The notes under the pieces: generated by a model
The model's database searches: none
What the model was told of the DNA's origin: nothing
What the model saw: only the letters and a program-made list of their open reading frames with translations
Source: Macrostomum lignano
Lineage: Eukaryota
Reading direction: 5' to 3'
Assembly (NCBI GenBank): GCA_002269645.1
Contig: NIVC01001149.1
Span: 1-64,000, forward strand
DNA: 64,000 nucleotides
Position numbers and translations under genes: made by a program
Shown: positions 26,137-37,940 of the stretch, piece by piece
How positions within the stretch are numbered: the first letter of the stretch is position 1
Layout of the letters: every line of letters starts with the position of its first letter

Positions 26137-28019
26137 CTCCCATCAGCATCGCCAGCTCCCCCACCCGCCGTGGCCGTCGCTGGCCTCAGTGCCAGCGAGC
26201 CCGCAGAGCCTGACGAGCCGGACTTTGTCAGCGCCCTGCCGGACAGGCTGAAGTGCCCCATCTGCCTCGGACACTTGAAGTCGCCGCTGCAGACCTGCTG
26301 CGGTCACCGCTTCTGCCGAGGCTGCTTCTTCTCTGCAGCCGCGGCCGCCGCTGCCTCCACCACCACCTCCGGGGCAGCCTCAACAGTCCAGCAGGCGCCC
26401 CAGCTGCACCATCAGCACCTGCACCTTCATCACCACCAGCAGCATCATCAGTTCCAGCAGCCTCTGCCAGCTTCGGCAGCCGCAGCAGCAGCAGCTGCCG
26501 CCGCCGCAAGCCCGGCCTCTGTCAGCGCCCGCCGCGCCTGCCCGCTGTGCCGCTCGCCGATTCTCGACGTCGGGCCGTCGGCTGCTGGCCGCGGCGGCCT
26601 GACCGCTGGCGTGTTCAACGATCTGGCCACGGAGCGCGAGGTCCAGCAGCTGACGGTCCGATGCCCGCGCACCGGCTGCGGCGCCGCCATGGAGCTGGGC
26701 GGCCTGAGATCGCACCTGGCTACTGCCTGCCAGTTCGTGGAGGAGCTCTGCCCCGAGCAGTGCCAGGTGAGCAACCATAATTTTGCACATGCAAGCACCC
26801 AGTGTGAAACAGCACCCAATGTACACCCGGCACCCAATGTACACCTGGCATCCAATGTACACCCGGCACCCAATGTACACCCGGCACCCAATGTTCACCC
26901 GGCAACCAATGTACACCCGGCACCCAATGTTCACCCGGCAACCAATGTACACCCGGCACCCAATGTTCACCCGGCAACCAATGTACACCCGGCACCCAAT
27001 GTTCACCTGGCATCCAATGTACACCCGACACCCAATGTACACCCGGCACCCAATGTACATCCGGCACCCAATGTACACCCAGCACCCAATGTACACCCGG
27101 CACCCAATGTACACCCGGCAACTAATGTACACCCGGCACCCAATGTTCACCTGGCACCCAATGTACACCCGACACCCAATGTACACCCGGCACCCAATGT
27201 ACACCCGGCACCCAATGTACACCCAGCACCGAATGTACACCCGGAACCCAATGTACACCCAGCACCCAATGTACACCAGGCACCCAATGTACACCCAGCA
27301 CCCAATGTACTCCCAGCATCCAGTGTACACAGCACCCAATGTACACCCGGCACCCAATGTACACCCAGCACCCAATGTACCCCCAGCATCCAGTGTACAC
27401 AGAACCCAATGTACACCCACCGATCATCCCGCAGTCCCACATTCGCCGCTGCGACCTGGCCGCCCACCGAGCGGCATGCCGGGAGCGCCAGGTGGCCTGC
27501 GTGTTCTGCTCCGCCTCGGTGCCCTACCGGCAGCTGAACTTTCACTACCTGTTCGGCTGCTCCAATTTCCCCATGCCGTGTCCGCACCGCTGCGGCCGGG
27601 TGCTGGCCGGCCATCAGCGCCTGCACGAGCACGTGGACCGCGCGTGCCCGCTCACCCTGGTGCTCTGCCCCTTCGCCAGCTTCGGCTGTCCGGCTGCCAA
27701 TCGGCACAGGCGCGATCTCGGCCGCCACGTGGCCGAGGCTCACAGCTACCATCTGCAGTTGCTATGGCAACAGCAGCAGCATCCTCATCAGCAGCAGCAG
27801 CAGCAGCAGCAGCAGAGAGCCACCACAGCTGATCTGAACTGCATGCTGGACAAGCTGGTGGTGAACCTGCAGCAGCCGATGCAGTCACAGCAGCAGCAGA
27901 TGTACGCTGCTCAGCAACAACAGCAGCAAGCGGCTGCTCTGAGGAATCTTCTGCACCAACAACAACAGCAGCAGCAGCAACAGCAGCAGTACCAGCAGTA
28001 CCAACCCGCTTGGCGTTAA
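26137..28019 (+). CDS. TRAF-family-like protein (RING + TRAF-type zinc fingers + poly-Gln tail); 5' exon not located
   Basis: Exons 26137-26766 and 27435-28019 (phase 0, GTGAGC donor, CAG acceptor). RING PDFVSALPDRLKCPICLGHLKSPLQTCCGHRFCRGC...CPLC, then DLATEREVQQLTVRCPRTGC, then zf-TRAF CPHRCG and CPLTLVLCPFASFGC..RRDLGRHV..HLQLL, as in TRAF4/6. There is no ATG at the start of the first exon found. Confidence 0.85.
26810..27420. repeat. 18 bp minisatellite (TRAF intron)
   Basis: Unit CACCCAATGTACACCCGG; produces spurious APNVHP ORFs. Confidence 0.95.
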
Positions 28020-28384
28020 AATAAAGTGTCTCACCAGATCGAGCTAGTTGAGTCGAGGAGCCAATCGGCCAACCAGAACTGGCGCACTTTTATTTTTGGT
28101 TTTTTGTCGGATTTCAAGGAAACGCTTAATCAGTCCCAATAATTATCGTTTCAGTTATTAATTATTAGCTTATTATTAGCCGATATGTAGCCTGCGAGTG
28201 TAGAATCCGCTTCCTGTCTTCTGGATTTTTCCGTTGCGTCAATCTGTCCTGAGGTTTTTGATTTCGCATCCTGGTTGATTTCTGTTAGAATATGGGAGAC
28301 AGACCGCAGAGTGTTTAACCATATTCTCAGGCTGAGCTGCCTTACTGAAGAGCCCTGATGTAGTCCACACCGTTCCAGAAACTT

Positions 28385-29090
28385 AGTTGCTGGGCCAGCC
28401 TCCCAGATCCTCAGTTGCTGGGCCAGCCTCCCAGATCCTCAGTTTCTGGGCCACCAGCCTCCCAGATCCTCAATTGCTGGGCCACCAGCCTCCCAGATCC
28501 TCAGTTGCTGGGCCACCAGCCTCCCAGATCCTCAGTTGCTAGGCCACCAGCCTCCCAGATCCTCAGTTGCTGGGCCAGCCTCCCAGATCCTCAGTTGCTG
28601 GGCCAGCCTCCCAGATCCTCAGTTTCTGGGCCACCAGCCTCCCAGATCCTCAGTTGCTGGGCCAGCCTCCCAGATCCTCAGTTGCTGGGCCAGCCTCCCA
28701 GATCCTCAGTTGCTGGGCCACCAGCCTCCCAGATCCTCAGTTGCCTGGGCCACCAGCCTCCCAGATCCTCAGTTGCTGGGCCACCAGCCTCCCAGATCCT
28801 CAGTTGCTAGGCCACCAGCCTCCCAGATCCTCAGTTGCTGGGCCAGCCTCCCAGATCCTCAGTTGCTGGGCCACCAGCCTCACAGATCCTCAGTTGCTGG
28901 GCCACCAGCCTCCCAGATCCTCAGTTGCTAGGCCAGCCTCCCAGATCCTCAGTTGCTGGGCCAGCCTCCCAGATCCTCAGTTTCTGGGCCACCAGCCTCC
29001 CAGATCCTCAATTGCTGGGCCACCAGCCTCCCAGATCCTCAGTTGTTGGGCCACCAGCCTCCCAGATCCTCAGTTGCTAGGCCAGCCTTC
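28385..29090. repeat. 27/31 bp minisatellite
   Basis: Unit GGGCCA(CCA)GCCTCCCAGATCCTCAGTTGCT. Confidence 0.95.
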
Positions 29091-31184
29091 CAGAGCCTCA
29101 ACCACAGCCCCTCTCTCCGTCTGTCTCTCAGTCTCACCCGCAGTCCTGGGGCAGAGGCGGTTCGCCTTGCTGTACCGGTCGGTCACTGCTTGAAGGTTCC
29201 AGCCTCCTGTGATGACGTCATACCACTGGAAGCCGCATCTCACTTACGCCGCTTCTCAACTGACCACCCCTCAATCTGCTGCCAGCTCACTGATTCGCAT
29301 TAAGTATTAATTATTAATGCATTGACTGCTCGCGCTGCGTTCGCGGCTCCTGGTGGGCCGAGCTTAATTTTTGTTAATAATTCTCTCCAATCTGCCGTAG
29401 GCTTCTGTTGTGCGTTTATTTGCTATAATATAAACTTTCTATAATTGCGTTTCTGCGTTTGGTTCTTGTTTTCAAATTGACAACTTGATTAGCTTGGTGT
29501 CCGCCTGATCCAGCTGCTCTGATAGAATTTTTATACTATACAAAATCTGTATTGTAAGCGATCTGTTTTGCACAAGTATCGGTCTGCTGTAATATTTTTA
29601 CCTCTGTTTAATTGAGTCTGTTCCACCACTCGCTTATCCAATATGCAGTCTGCTGTTCTGGTGTGTTCTTATCATGTGTCCTGAGCTGCAGTGCTTTTCT
29701 TCGGTATTGATTTTAGGCGGGTGTCTATTCAAAAAATTAAATTTTGGTGTTTTTTATCGTCTAATCAAATTTTAAGCACATTTTATTAAGCGTACTACTT
29801 TTGGTAGTAGTCTGTTGTGAATAGCGATTCTTTTTTTAGTAGTATCTCGGGTTTTTTGGTTGATTTCAAACTGACGCGCATCTTTTTAAGCATTTTATCC
29901 GTTCTAAGCTAATTATAAAAAATAATGTGTTGCTATTAAATAATTTTATGCTTGTTAATTACCTCTATTTATTAGGTGATTTTAGGATTTTAATTTGGGT
30001 CATTAAGCTTAATCACGTAGTAAGGCTAAAGCTGTGTTTATTTACTAATCAGCTTGTTTTATATTTACAGGCTTTGTGACCCCACTGACCCCTCATCTGC
30101 AGGCTTTGTGACCCCCCTGACCCCCCATTTACAGACTTTGTGACCCTCCCTGACCCCTCTTTTTCAGGTCATTGCTGACGCTCCTTGACCCCTCTGTCAG
30201 GTCATTGGTGACCCTCCTTGAACTAATTCCTAATTCAGTTATTTAAGGTTTCATCTGGTTAAAAGTTTATCCTGGGTGTCCCTGAACTGTTCTTGCACTG
30301 TAGCCATAGATTGTCTGCTTTATCGCATCTGTAACTCCATGTACCCGCTTAGGCGATTTTTTACAAACCTTCACCATTTGGTCCATGTGTATTTTTACCT
30401 TTTAATAATTTTTAATTACATATTCTGTGCTTCTCCTAAAACATCGATATTATTCTGGTTTGTTAATTCAGTTTTAACTAGGTGATACTGGCTACTCACT
30501 GTTTAATTTCTGAGCTGATGGAGTTTTAACTGTGCCTTTTTATGAATGCGATTGAATTGACTATTTGCTGAACTGTGCTGTCTGTTCTGATAACAGCCAA
30601 TGCTCGTATTTATTATGCAGGTAGAATTGCCCTTAGTCTACAGGTAGAATTGCCCTCAGTCTACAGGTAGAATTGCTCTTAGTCTACAGAATTATCAGCA
30701 AACCAGGCGGCACAGTTAATAAAATTCAACCATTAGAAAGCTTAATAACTATTCTTTGTTTAGTCTAACCAACTGATAACTGGCTGTTGTTATTCAATAA
30801 GGTAGCATAACATTATTATACTTTATTAATTACATTAATATAGACTTTCTGGCACGTTCGAATTGATTAAACTAAATTTCAGCATATTAGCGCTGTAGCT
30901 GTTGGGGCTGATTCCTCGATTCTTGTGTCTGCGCTTTTCTTACTCTTTAATAAAACTTTTTATTTTCTCTTGATCCATCGTTGGATCCTGTGGGATTTAG
31001 TAATTCTTTCTTTATTATTCAACAATAAATAAATGTTTATGTATGTAGTGGCTCACCTGCTCTTTGTGTCTCCTATTCGCAGAACTGATTTTACTGTTGC
31101 ACACAGGACCTTCAATTCTTGACGCGTTTGGAGTTTGTTTAGTGCAGTTCATTTTTCATCTCTGTTGGCATCATTGACGCGATG

Positions 31185-32190
31185 GATCAGTGATGAGTTG
31201 CTGAGATGCCATGGCTCAGTGATGAGTTGCTGGGATGCCATGGATCAGTGGGGAGTTGCTGAGATGCCATGGATCAGTGGGGAGTTGCTGAGATGCCATG
31301 GATCAATGGGGAGTTGCTGAAATGCCATGGATCATTGGGGAGTTGCTGAAATGCCATGGATCATTGGGGAGTTGCTGAAATGCCATGGATCATTGGGGAG
31401 TTGCTGAGATGCCATGGCTCAGTGGCGAGTTGGTGAGATGCCATGGATCAGTGGGGAGTTGCTGAGATGCCATGGATCAGTGGGGAGTTGCTGAAATGCC
31501 ATGGATCATTGGGGAGTTGCTGAAATGCCATGGATCATTGGGGAGTTGTTGAGATTCCATGGATCAGTGGGGAGTTGCTGAAATGCCATGACTCATTGGG
31601 GAGTTGCTGAAATGCCATGGATCAGTGGGGAGTTGCTGAGATGCCATGGATCAGTGGGGAGTTGCTGAGATGCCATGACTCATTGGGGAGTTGCTGAAAT
31701 GCCATGGATCTGTGGGGAGTTGCTGAAATGCCATTGATCAGTGGGGAGTTGCTGAGATTCCATGGATCAGTGGGGAGTTGCTGAGATGCCATGGATCATT
31801 GGGGAGTTGCTGAAATGCCATGGATCATTGGGAAGTTGTTGAAATGCCATGGATCAGTGGGGAGTTGCTGAGATTCCTTGGATCAGTGGGGAGTTGCTGA
31901 GATGCCATGGATCATTGGGGAGTTGCTGAAATGCCATGGATCATTGGGAAGTTGTTGAAATGCCATGGATCAGTGGGGAGTTGCTGAGATTCCATGGATC
32001 AGTGGGGAGTTGCTGAGATGCCATGGATCATTGGGGAGTTGCTGAAATGCCATGGATCATTGGGAAGTTGTTGAAATGCCATGGATCAGTGGGGAGTTGC
32101 TGAAATGCCATGGATCAGTGGAAGTTGCTGAGATGTCAATTGGCTCAATGGGGAGTTGCTGAGATGCCATGGCTCAATGGGGAGTTGCTG
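31185..32190. repeat. 29 bp minisatellite, family also at 56735-57030 and 57920-58550
   Basis: Unit GGGGAGTTGCTGAGATGCCATGGATCAGT. Confidence 0.95.
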
Positions 32191-32194
32191 ACAC

Positions 32195-32401
32195 TGCTGA
32201 GTACACGGGGGTAAATGCCGCGGTCAGAGCCGTGGCGGAGCAAGCGACCCCGTTGATGCGACCGGCCCAACGTAAGCAGCCGGTCTTTCAGGATGAACCT
32301 ACGATTCGGCAAATGAGGGCAGAGCTGGAGAGGCTCCTTCTGAGCAGGCGGCTAACTCGTGAGGGAACTCGTGAGACCAGCTGATGAAGTCTTCACTTCA
32401 T
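32195..32401 (+). mobile_element. Possible non-LTR retrotransposon (RTE-like) fragment
   Basis: Peptide VNAAVRAVAEQATPLMRPAQRKQPVFQDEPTIRQMRAELER resembles the endonuclease-RT linker of RTE ORF2. It ends in a hairpin ATGAAGT-CTTC-ACTTCAT (32384-32401). Confidence 0.35.
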
Positions 32402-32409
32402 ACATAACC

Positions 32410-32791
32410 ATAATAATAATAATAATAGAGGCAGGGGGGTTGTGTGCACCCTGGCGCACTTTAAGCGACATAGGCACACAACCGGCGAGAGGCATTACTG
32501 CCCATTCCGCCGACTCCCCTGAGCAGGCACACAAGCGCGCGGATACGTACGCAGGCACACACTCACACAGGAGTGTACAGCGGCCCTAACTTTATATTAT
32601 CGTTAGGCATGTACACTTCACGTCTTCACTGCGCCTTGGGGGGGGGGGTTGGCTCTCAAGGCCGTTAATTGCACGAGCAGAGCCAAGCCGAGATTCCAAT
32701 TTAGCCCCAAATTAATGTGACTGCACTTGGAATCGAGCCTGGGTCGCTGGCACACCAGAGCAGCTGCGCTACCGCTGGGCTACGGCCCCCC
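32410..32791 (-). mobile_element. tRNA-derived SINE (~380 bp) with (TAT)n tail
   Basis: The minus strand starts GGGGGGCCGTAGCCCAGCGG (A box), has GGCTCGATTCC (B box), and ends in TATTATTATT. A related 3' half lies at 32844-32995. Confidence 0.7.
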
Positions 32792-32843
32792 TCATGCATA
32801 ACCATAAGTAGCAATTGGCAACTCTTTGTCCGACAGTGATGGC

Positions 32844-32995
32844 TTATTATTGCAGGAAGGCTGCGGGCACCCTGACAAAGCGCCTTGGACGACTTCCTCT
32901 CACCCAACCAGCGCTGAGGCAATTCTGCCCATTCCTCTGACTCCTGAACGCATACAGCGCGCCAATACTGTACGCAGGCACGCACTCATGCACAG
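32844..32995 (-). mobile_element. Diverged 3' half of the same SINE family
   Basis: Shares GTGCCTGCGTAC..GCGCGCT..GAGTC.G.GGAATGGGCAG..TGCCTC..CAGGGTGC..C.GC with the body of 32410-32791, and ends AATAATAA. Confidence 0.6.
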
Positions 32996-34274
32996 GGGCT
33001 GGGTCTGCTCTAACGGCAGTTTTTTCTCATGGATCAATATGTTGCACAGTTATTTCTTTCGTTGGTTAGAATACCTTAACTTCACCGAAAGTACCCGTCG
33101 TCGCCTTTTCCTCCAATTTTTGTCTTCTGTTACGTGAGCAAAATCCAAATCAGCACTTTGAAACCTGATACGAGTATTCTTAATGTTTCTGAGTTTAGAA
33201 CACTGGTAAAACAGTAAATGATCTTTTCAAGCCAAATCTTTATTGAGATCTGCGGGAATTCACAACAGCTCAGAACCCAAGGAGCGGCGATGCTCAGACT
33301 ATGAAAGAGGTCAGGAATGGCACTGGCACTGTTTACACTATCAGTTTTTAAGCCGTAAAAATCTTTCCAATGGAGAGCCTTGACACTAAGCGACCTTATC
33401 TACATGTACATGCAGAGTCTCTAGAGCCATTTAAGGAATGCAGTTAATGGATTTTATCCAGTGCCAAAAATTAATCCAGCTGTGACGGCCCATCTGCCAG
33501 CAAGTGGGTCTCATGCAGCTCGATTCGGCTCACAAAGGCAGAGAAGCGAAGCAGCTCTCTGTTAGAGTCAATCTTTTGGGATTTTCGACCGTGCCAGATT
33601 CCGCCTCACTTGGGCTGCAGCCTGTAGCCTTACGGGCTCCATTTGTAAAAACATTTCAATTCCGCCGATTTTAGTATATTTCTACTAGCAATCTAGTGCC
33701 CCCTTTTCAGCAAGGATCCAAATTTATTTATGCAAATCCATTGAAAGAACGATTTTTTAGAATTTTTGAAAATTTAGCACATTTTCTAAAGCAGCAATTC
33801 CTTCTTCGTTTTTTAAATCACCTCGTCTGAGTAAAATTGTCACGGACAAAGATGTTTGCTATGAGCACTAAGTGCAATCCGAACAAAATTCATCTCTAAT
33901 CTTCGACGTATGATTTGAACTATATTTACTGGACAGGCGCTACAGGTGGCAGTGTGGTTGCACTGAAGAGCATCCGACTCATGCTGCAGTTGGCCTGAGT
34001 GCCCGAATTGGCGAATCCACAGCAAGCAGCTCGAAATATCGTTCAATAGGTCGCGAGTTTATCAACGAACTTGACAAAAACAAACTGGTATATAGCTCGT
34101 AGAATAGAAATTTACTCTTTACAGAAATACAAAAGTTCCCCAGATACTATATTATCTTAACTGTTTAAAATAGTAGCTAAATCAGCACGCAACACCTTAT
34201 TTTTACTTGCAGACCTGATTTTGGAAACCAGATGGACCAGATAAAATATCCCCAAAGATAAGCAATCTGATTTC

Positions 34275-36111
34275 ATGTATATAATCATGGATGTTTAATG
34301 CGCATTAAACTACCGTGATCTTATATGAAATCCGAATTGCTTTTTTGTAGCTTTCTCTTGAGCCGGGCCGAATGCGGTGCAGTCAGTCGGTAAAGCCCCG
34401 ACTGGGGGTGTCGGGGCGAAGCCCCGACTGGGGGTGTGGGGGCAAAGCCCCCACATTGGAACCATAGACAAATTTTCCATAAATTTAAGACAGTACTAGC
34501 TAGACGAAATCCGAATTACTTCTTTCGTAGCTTTCTCTTGAACCACACCGCGATGGAAGAAGAATTTGATAGCGACAACTTTTTTTAATTATTTCGATCC
34601 AGCCCCTGCTGGAAATGTAGTTCCGCCGCCCCTCGGAAACGCTAAAACACTGCCGACCAAACCTAGCTCTCGTTTCGGTGAGTTGCTTGATGAGACCGCT
34701 TTGGAGCGCAGAATGCTAGAGAGCTCACCTGAGTCTACACTAGCAAGAGAAAAGTGGGCGATGAATGTGTTCCGGACGTGGAAGGATCGAATCGTGTCCA
34801 ACTGCAAATGCAAGGCCGTCTGTCAGGACTCGCGGTGATTAAGCCTGTCGAAGAGCTTACAAAGAATGAGATCAACGAACTGTTGCAATTCTTCGTTTTT
34901 GAGGTGAGGAAGGAGAATGGCGAAAAATATCCGCCGGGAACTCTGAAAAACTTGGTGTCGATGATCCAACACTTTTACGTGTATACAATGAAGCGCCAGA
35001 TGTCCATCTGGACGGACGCAGAATTTGCTAGCTCGCGACAGGCCTTGGACGCGGCAATGCGTGAGACTGCTAAAGCCGGGAACCTGAATGGCTCTCAAAC
35101 TGCAGCACCGATTCCTGCCACAGAGGAAGCCACTCTCTGGGAGCGAGGATTTCTTGGAGACAGCACACCAAAGACGCTCGTTTTTACAGTGATATTTTTA
35201 ATTGGTAAAGTGTTTGGACTTCGTGGAGGACGCGAACTTTATCTCCTAGAGTATAACAAACAAATCCAACTGGCGACCGAGGGAGAAGACGAGATTCTGA
35301 CGTATGCCGAAACCACGGTGTCCAAAACACGACCGTGTGGCTTAAGACCTTCAATCGGCCTATCAAGTGTAACACGGTGTATCATACACCAGGACACAAT
35401 CGCTGTCTTGTTTGCTTTTACAAGCGCTACGTCAGCCTCCGCCCGACCGAATGCACAAAGCCGCAACTATTTTTGGTCTGGTACCGGAATCCTGCATCTA
35501 TTCAAGCTGGGAAGTGGTATCAGAATCAGTTACTAGGACGCCACACTATCGATTCAGTTGTGCGCAGCGTCACGGTGAGCCTGCCGGAGCCAACAAGTGG
35601 GAAGTACAGCAATCAGTCGCTCAGGAAGACTTGCGCCACAACGCTGCGTGACGAGGGCATGTCCAGGCCCGAAATCGCGAAAATTACTGGACACAGTTCA
35701 GCTGCCATAGAACGCTATATCGCTCCGTCTGCAAAGGTGGCCAGATTCGCTTCTAATGTTTTACAGGGTGCGTCTCCTGCAGCCGAAACTAATCCAGGCA
35801 TGCATGTAAGTGAGCCTGTCGCTTCTGGAGATTCCAGCGCTTCTATTACTGACCACGGTGTCAAGTCTATCATCATTGATGGAGCTAAAATCGAAATTCA
35901 GTTTAAGTGAGTTTGTGAAACGTTTAATGCACTGAAGAAAACGTAATATGTTTCCTATATAATCCTACCAATTGTCTATGCTTTGGCTAGAAAATTGTTT
36001 TTTTGTTGCTTCGTTATACAGTAATATAACTCGCTCGCCTCGAGACCATCAACTGCAGCCTTGGACTTTCTAACCCTAGAATGCGCATTAAACATCCATG
36101 ATTATATACAT
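34275..36111 (+). mobile_element. Crypton-type tyrosine-recombinase DNA transposon, 1837 bp
   Basis: Perfect 32-bp terminal inverted repeats (34275-34306 / 36080-36111, ATGTATATAATCATGGATGTTTAATGCGCATT) enclose a DUF3504/YR-like coding region. Confidence 0.88.
34553..35910 (+). CDS. Crypton tyrosine recombinase (three single-base frameshifts)
   Basis: MEEEFDSDN.. SRFGELL..KWAMNVFRTW, LLQFFVFEVRKENGEKYPPGTL, FGLRGGRE (catalytic R), RCLVCFYKRYVSLRP, WYQNQLLGRHTI, YSNQSLRKTCAT, ITGHSS..IERY. Indels at ~34583, ~34790 and ~35343. Confidence 0.85.
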
Positions 36112-36538
36112 CTCTGCCTCTCAATCTGCTTTTCCCGCATTCTGCCCGGTCTATAATTTTGCACAACTGCGCTAATGGCTTCCCAGGCGTAAACCATGTG
36201 GGAATTATGCTGGCGCATTCATATCAGCATATCATGCAATACTGAATATCGTTTTGACGTGCCGGCATTATATAACTATCAGTATAAAGAGCCAGCTTAA
36301 TTCTGGTTTTATGCCAACAATCTGCTACCCATGTGCCTGTTTTCTAACATAGTGAGCCAATCACGTACAGAAGCTTTGCGCGATTGTACTTTTACTTTGC
36401 ATACCTCCTATGAATTCCACAAGGCGTGTAGGAAGTGGTAGTGGTTTGTTCTGCATTATGAAGTTTTTAGAGTCAGCTTTTGTAACCAAGCGTCCCTTTA
36501 TGCCATGGCTTAACCCTTACTTACCTCTCCAAAGGTAG

Positions 36539-37940
36539 CAGGGCGACGCCATGGATTTTATGGTGGGGGGACAAAGCCAAAAATTCCACATGTACATGTA
36601 CAGGACTAAATACCTACATGAACATTATTTTCAGAATTGGTGTTTTCAGCGTTCATTTTAGCGCCGCGGGCACTCATTTTGGCGCCGCAGGCACTCATTT
36701 TGGCGCCGCGGGCACTCATTTTAGCGCCGCAGGCACTCATTTTAGCGCCGCAGGCACTCATTTTAGCGCCGCAGACACTCATTCTAGCGCCGCAGGCACT
36801 CATTTTAGCGCCGCAGGCACTCATTTTGGCGCCGCGGGCACTCATTCTAGCGCCGCAGGCACTCATTTTAGCGCCGCGGGCACTCATTCTAGCGCCGCAG
36901 GCACTCATTTTGGCGCCGCGGGCACTCATTTTAGCGCCGCAGGCACTCATTTTAGCGCCGCAGGCACTCATTCTAGCGCCGCAGGCACTCATTTTAGCAC
37001 CGCAGGCACTCATTCTAGCGCCACAGGCACTCATTCTAGCGCCGCAGGCACTCATTTTGGCGCCGCAGACACTCATTTTAGCGCCGCAGGCACCCATTCT
37101 AGCGCCGCAGACACTCATTTTAGCGCCGCAGACACTCATTTTAGCGCCGCAGGCACCCATTCTAGCGCCGCAGACACTCATTTTGGCGCCGCGGGCACTC
37201 ATTTTGGCGCCGCGGGCACTCATTTTGGCGCCGCGGGCACTCATTTTGGCGCCGCGGGCACTCATTTTGGCGCCGCGGGCACTCATTTTGGCGCCGCAGA
37301 CACTCATTTTAGCGCCGCAGGCACTCATTTTAGCGCCGCGGGCACTCATTCTAGCGCCGCAGGCACTCATTTTAGCGCCGCGGGCACTCATTTTAGCGCC
37401 GCGGGCACTCATTCTAGCGCCGCAGGCACTCATTTTAGCGCCGCGGGCACTCATTTTAGCACCGCAGGTACTCATTCTAGCGCCGCAGCCACTCATTCTA
37501 GCGCCGCAGCCACTCATTTTAGCGCCGCGGGCATTCATTCTAGCGCCGCAGGCACTCATTCTAGCGCCGCAGGCACTCATTTTAGCGCCGCAGGCACTCA
37601 TTCTAGCGCCGCAGACACTCATTTTAGCGCCGCAGGTACTCATTTTAGCGCCGCGGGCACTCATTTTAGCACCGCAGGCACTCATTCTAGCGCCACAGGC
37701 ACTCATTTTAGCGCCGCGGGCACTCATTTTAGCACCGCAGGCACTCATTCTAGCGCCACAGGCACTCATTCTAGCGCCTCAGGCGCTATGTTTAGTCACC
37801 ATAAAGCAATTTTTTTTATTTCAATAACAGGTAAGCAAAGGTTTGGGGTGGGGGGACAAAACATTGGCTTGTCCCCCGCGTAACTTTTACTGGGGGGGGG
37901 CATGCCCCTCCACCCTGTCCCCACGGTGTCGACGCCCCTG
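36539..37940. mobile_element. hAT-type MITE with 8-bp TSD, containing a tandem array
   Basis: Imperfect TIRs CAGGGCGACGCCATGG / CCACGGTGTCGACGCCCCTG. Flanked by AAAGGTAG (36531-38) and GAAGGTAG (37941-48). G-rich GGGGGACA / TGTCCCC subterminal motifs. Confidence 0.8.
36655..37785. repeat. 21 bp minisatellite inside the MITE
   Basis: Unit CACTCATTTTAGCGCCGCAGG, ~54 copies. Confidence 0.95.

Noticed and set aside
26767-27537. APNVHP repeat as part of the TRAF protein
   Set aside because: GT-AG sites remove it in phase and restore a continuous zf-TRAF.
36606-37883. ~400-aa ORFs in three frames
   Set aside because: A stop-free 21-bp minisatellite inside a MITE; no domain and no codon signal.
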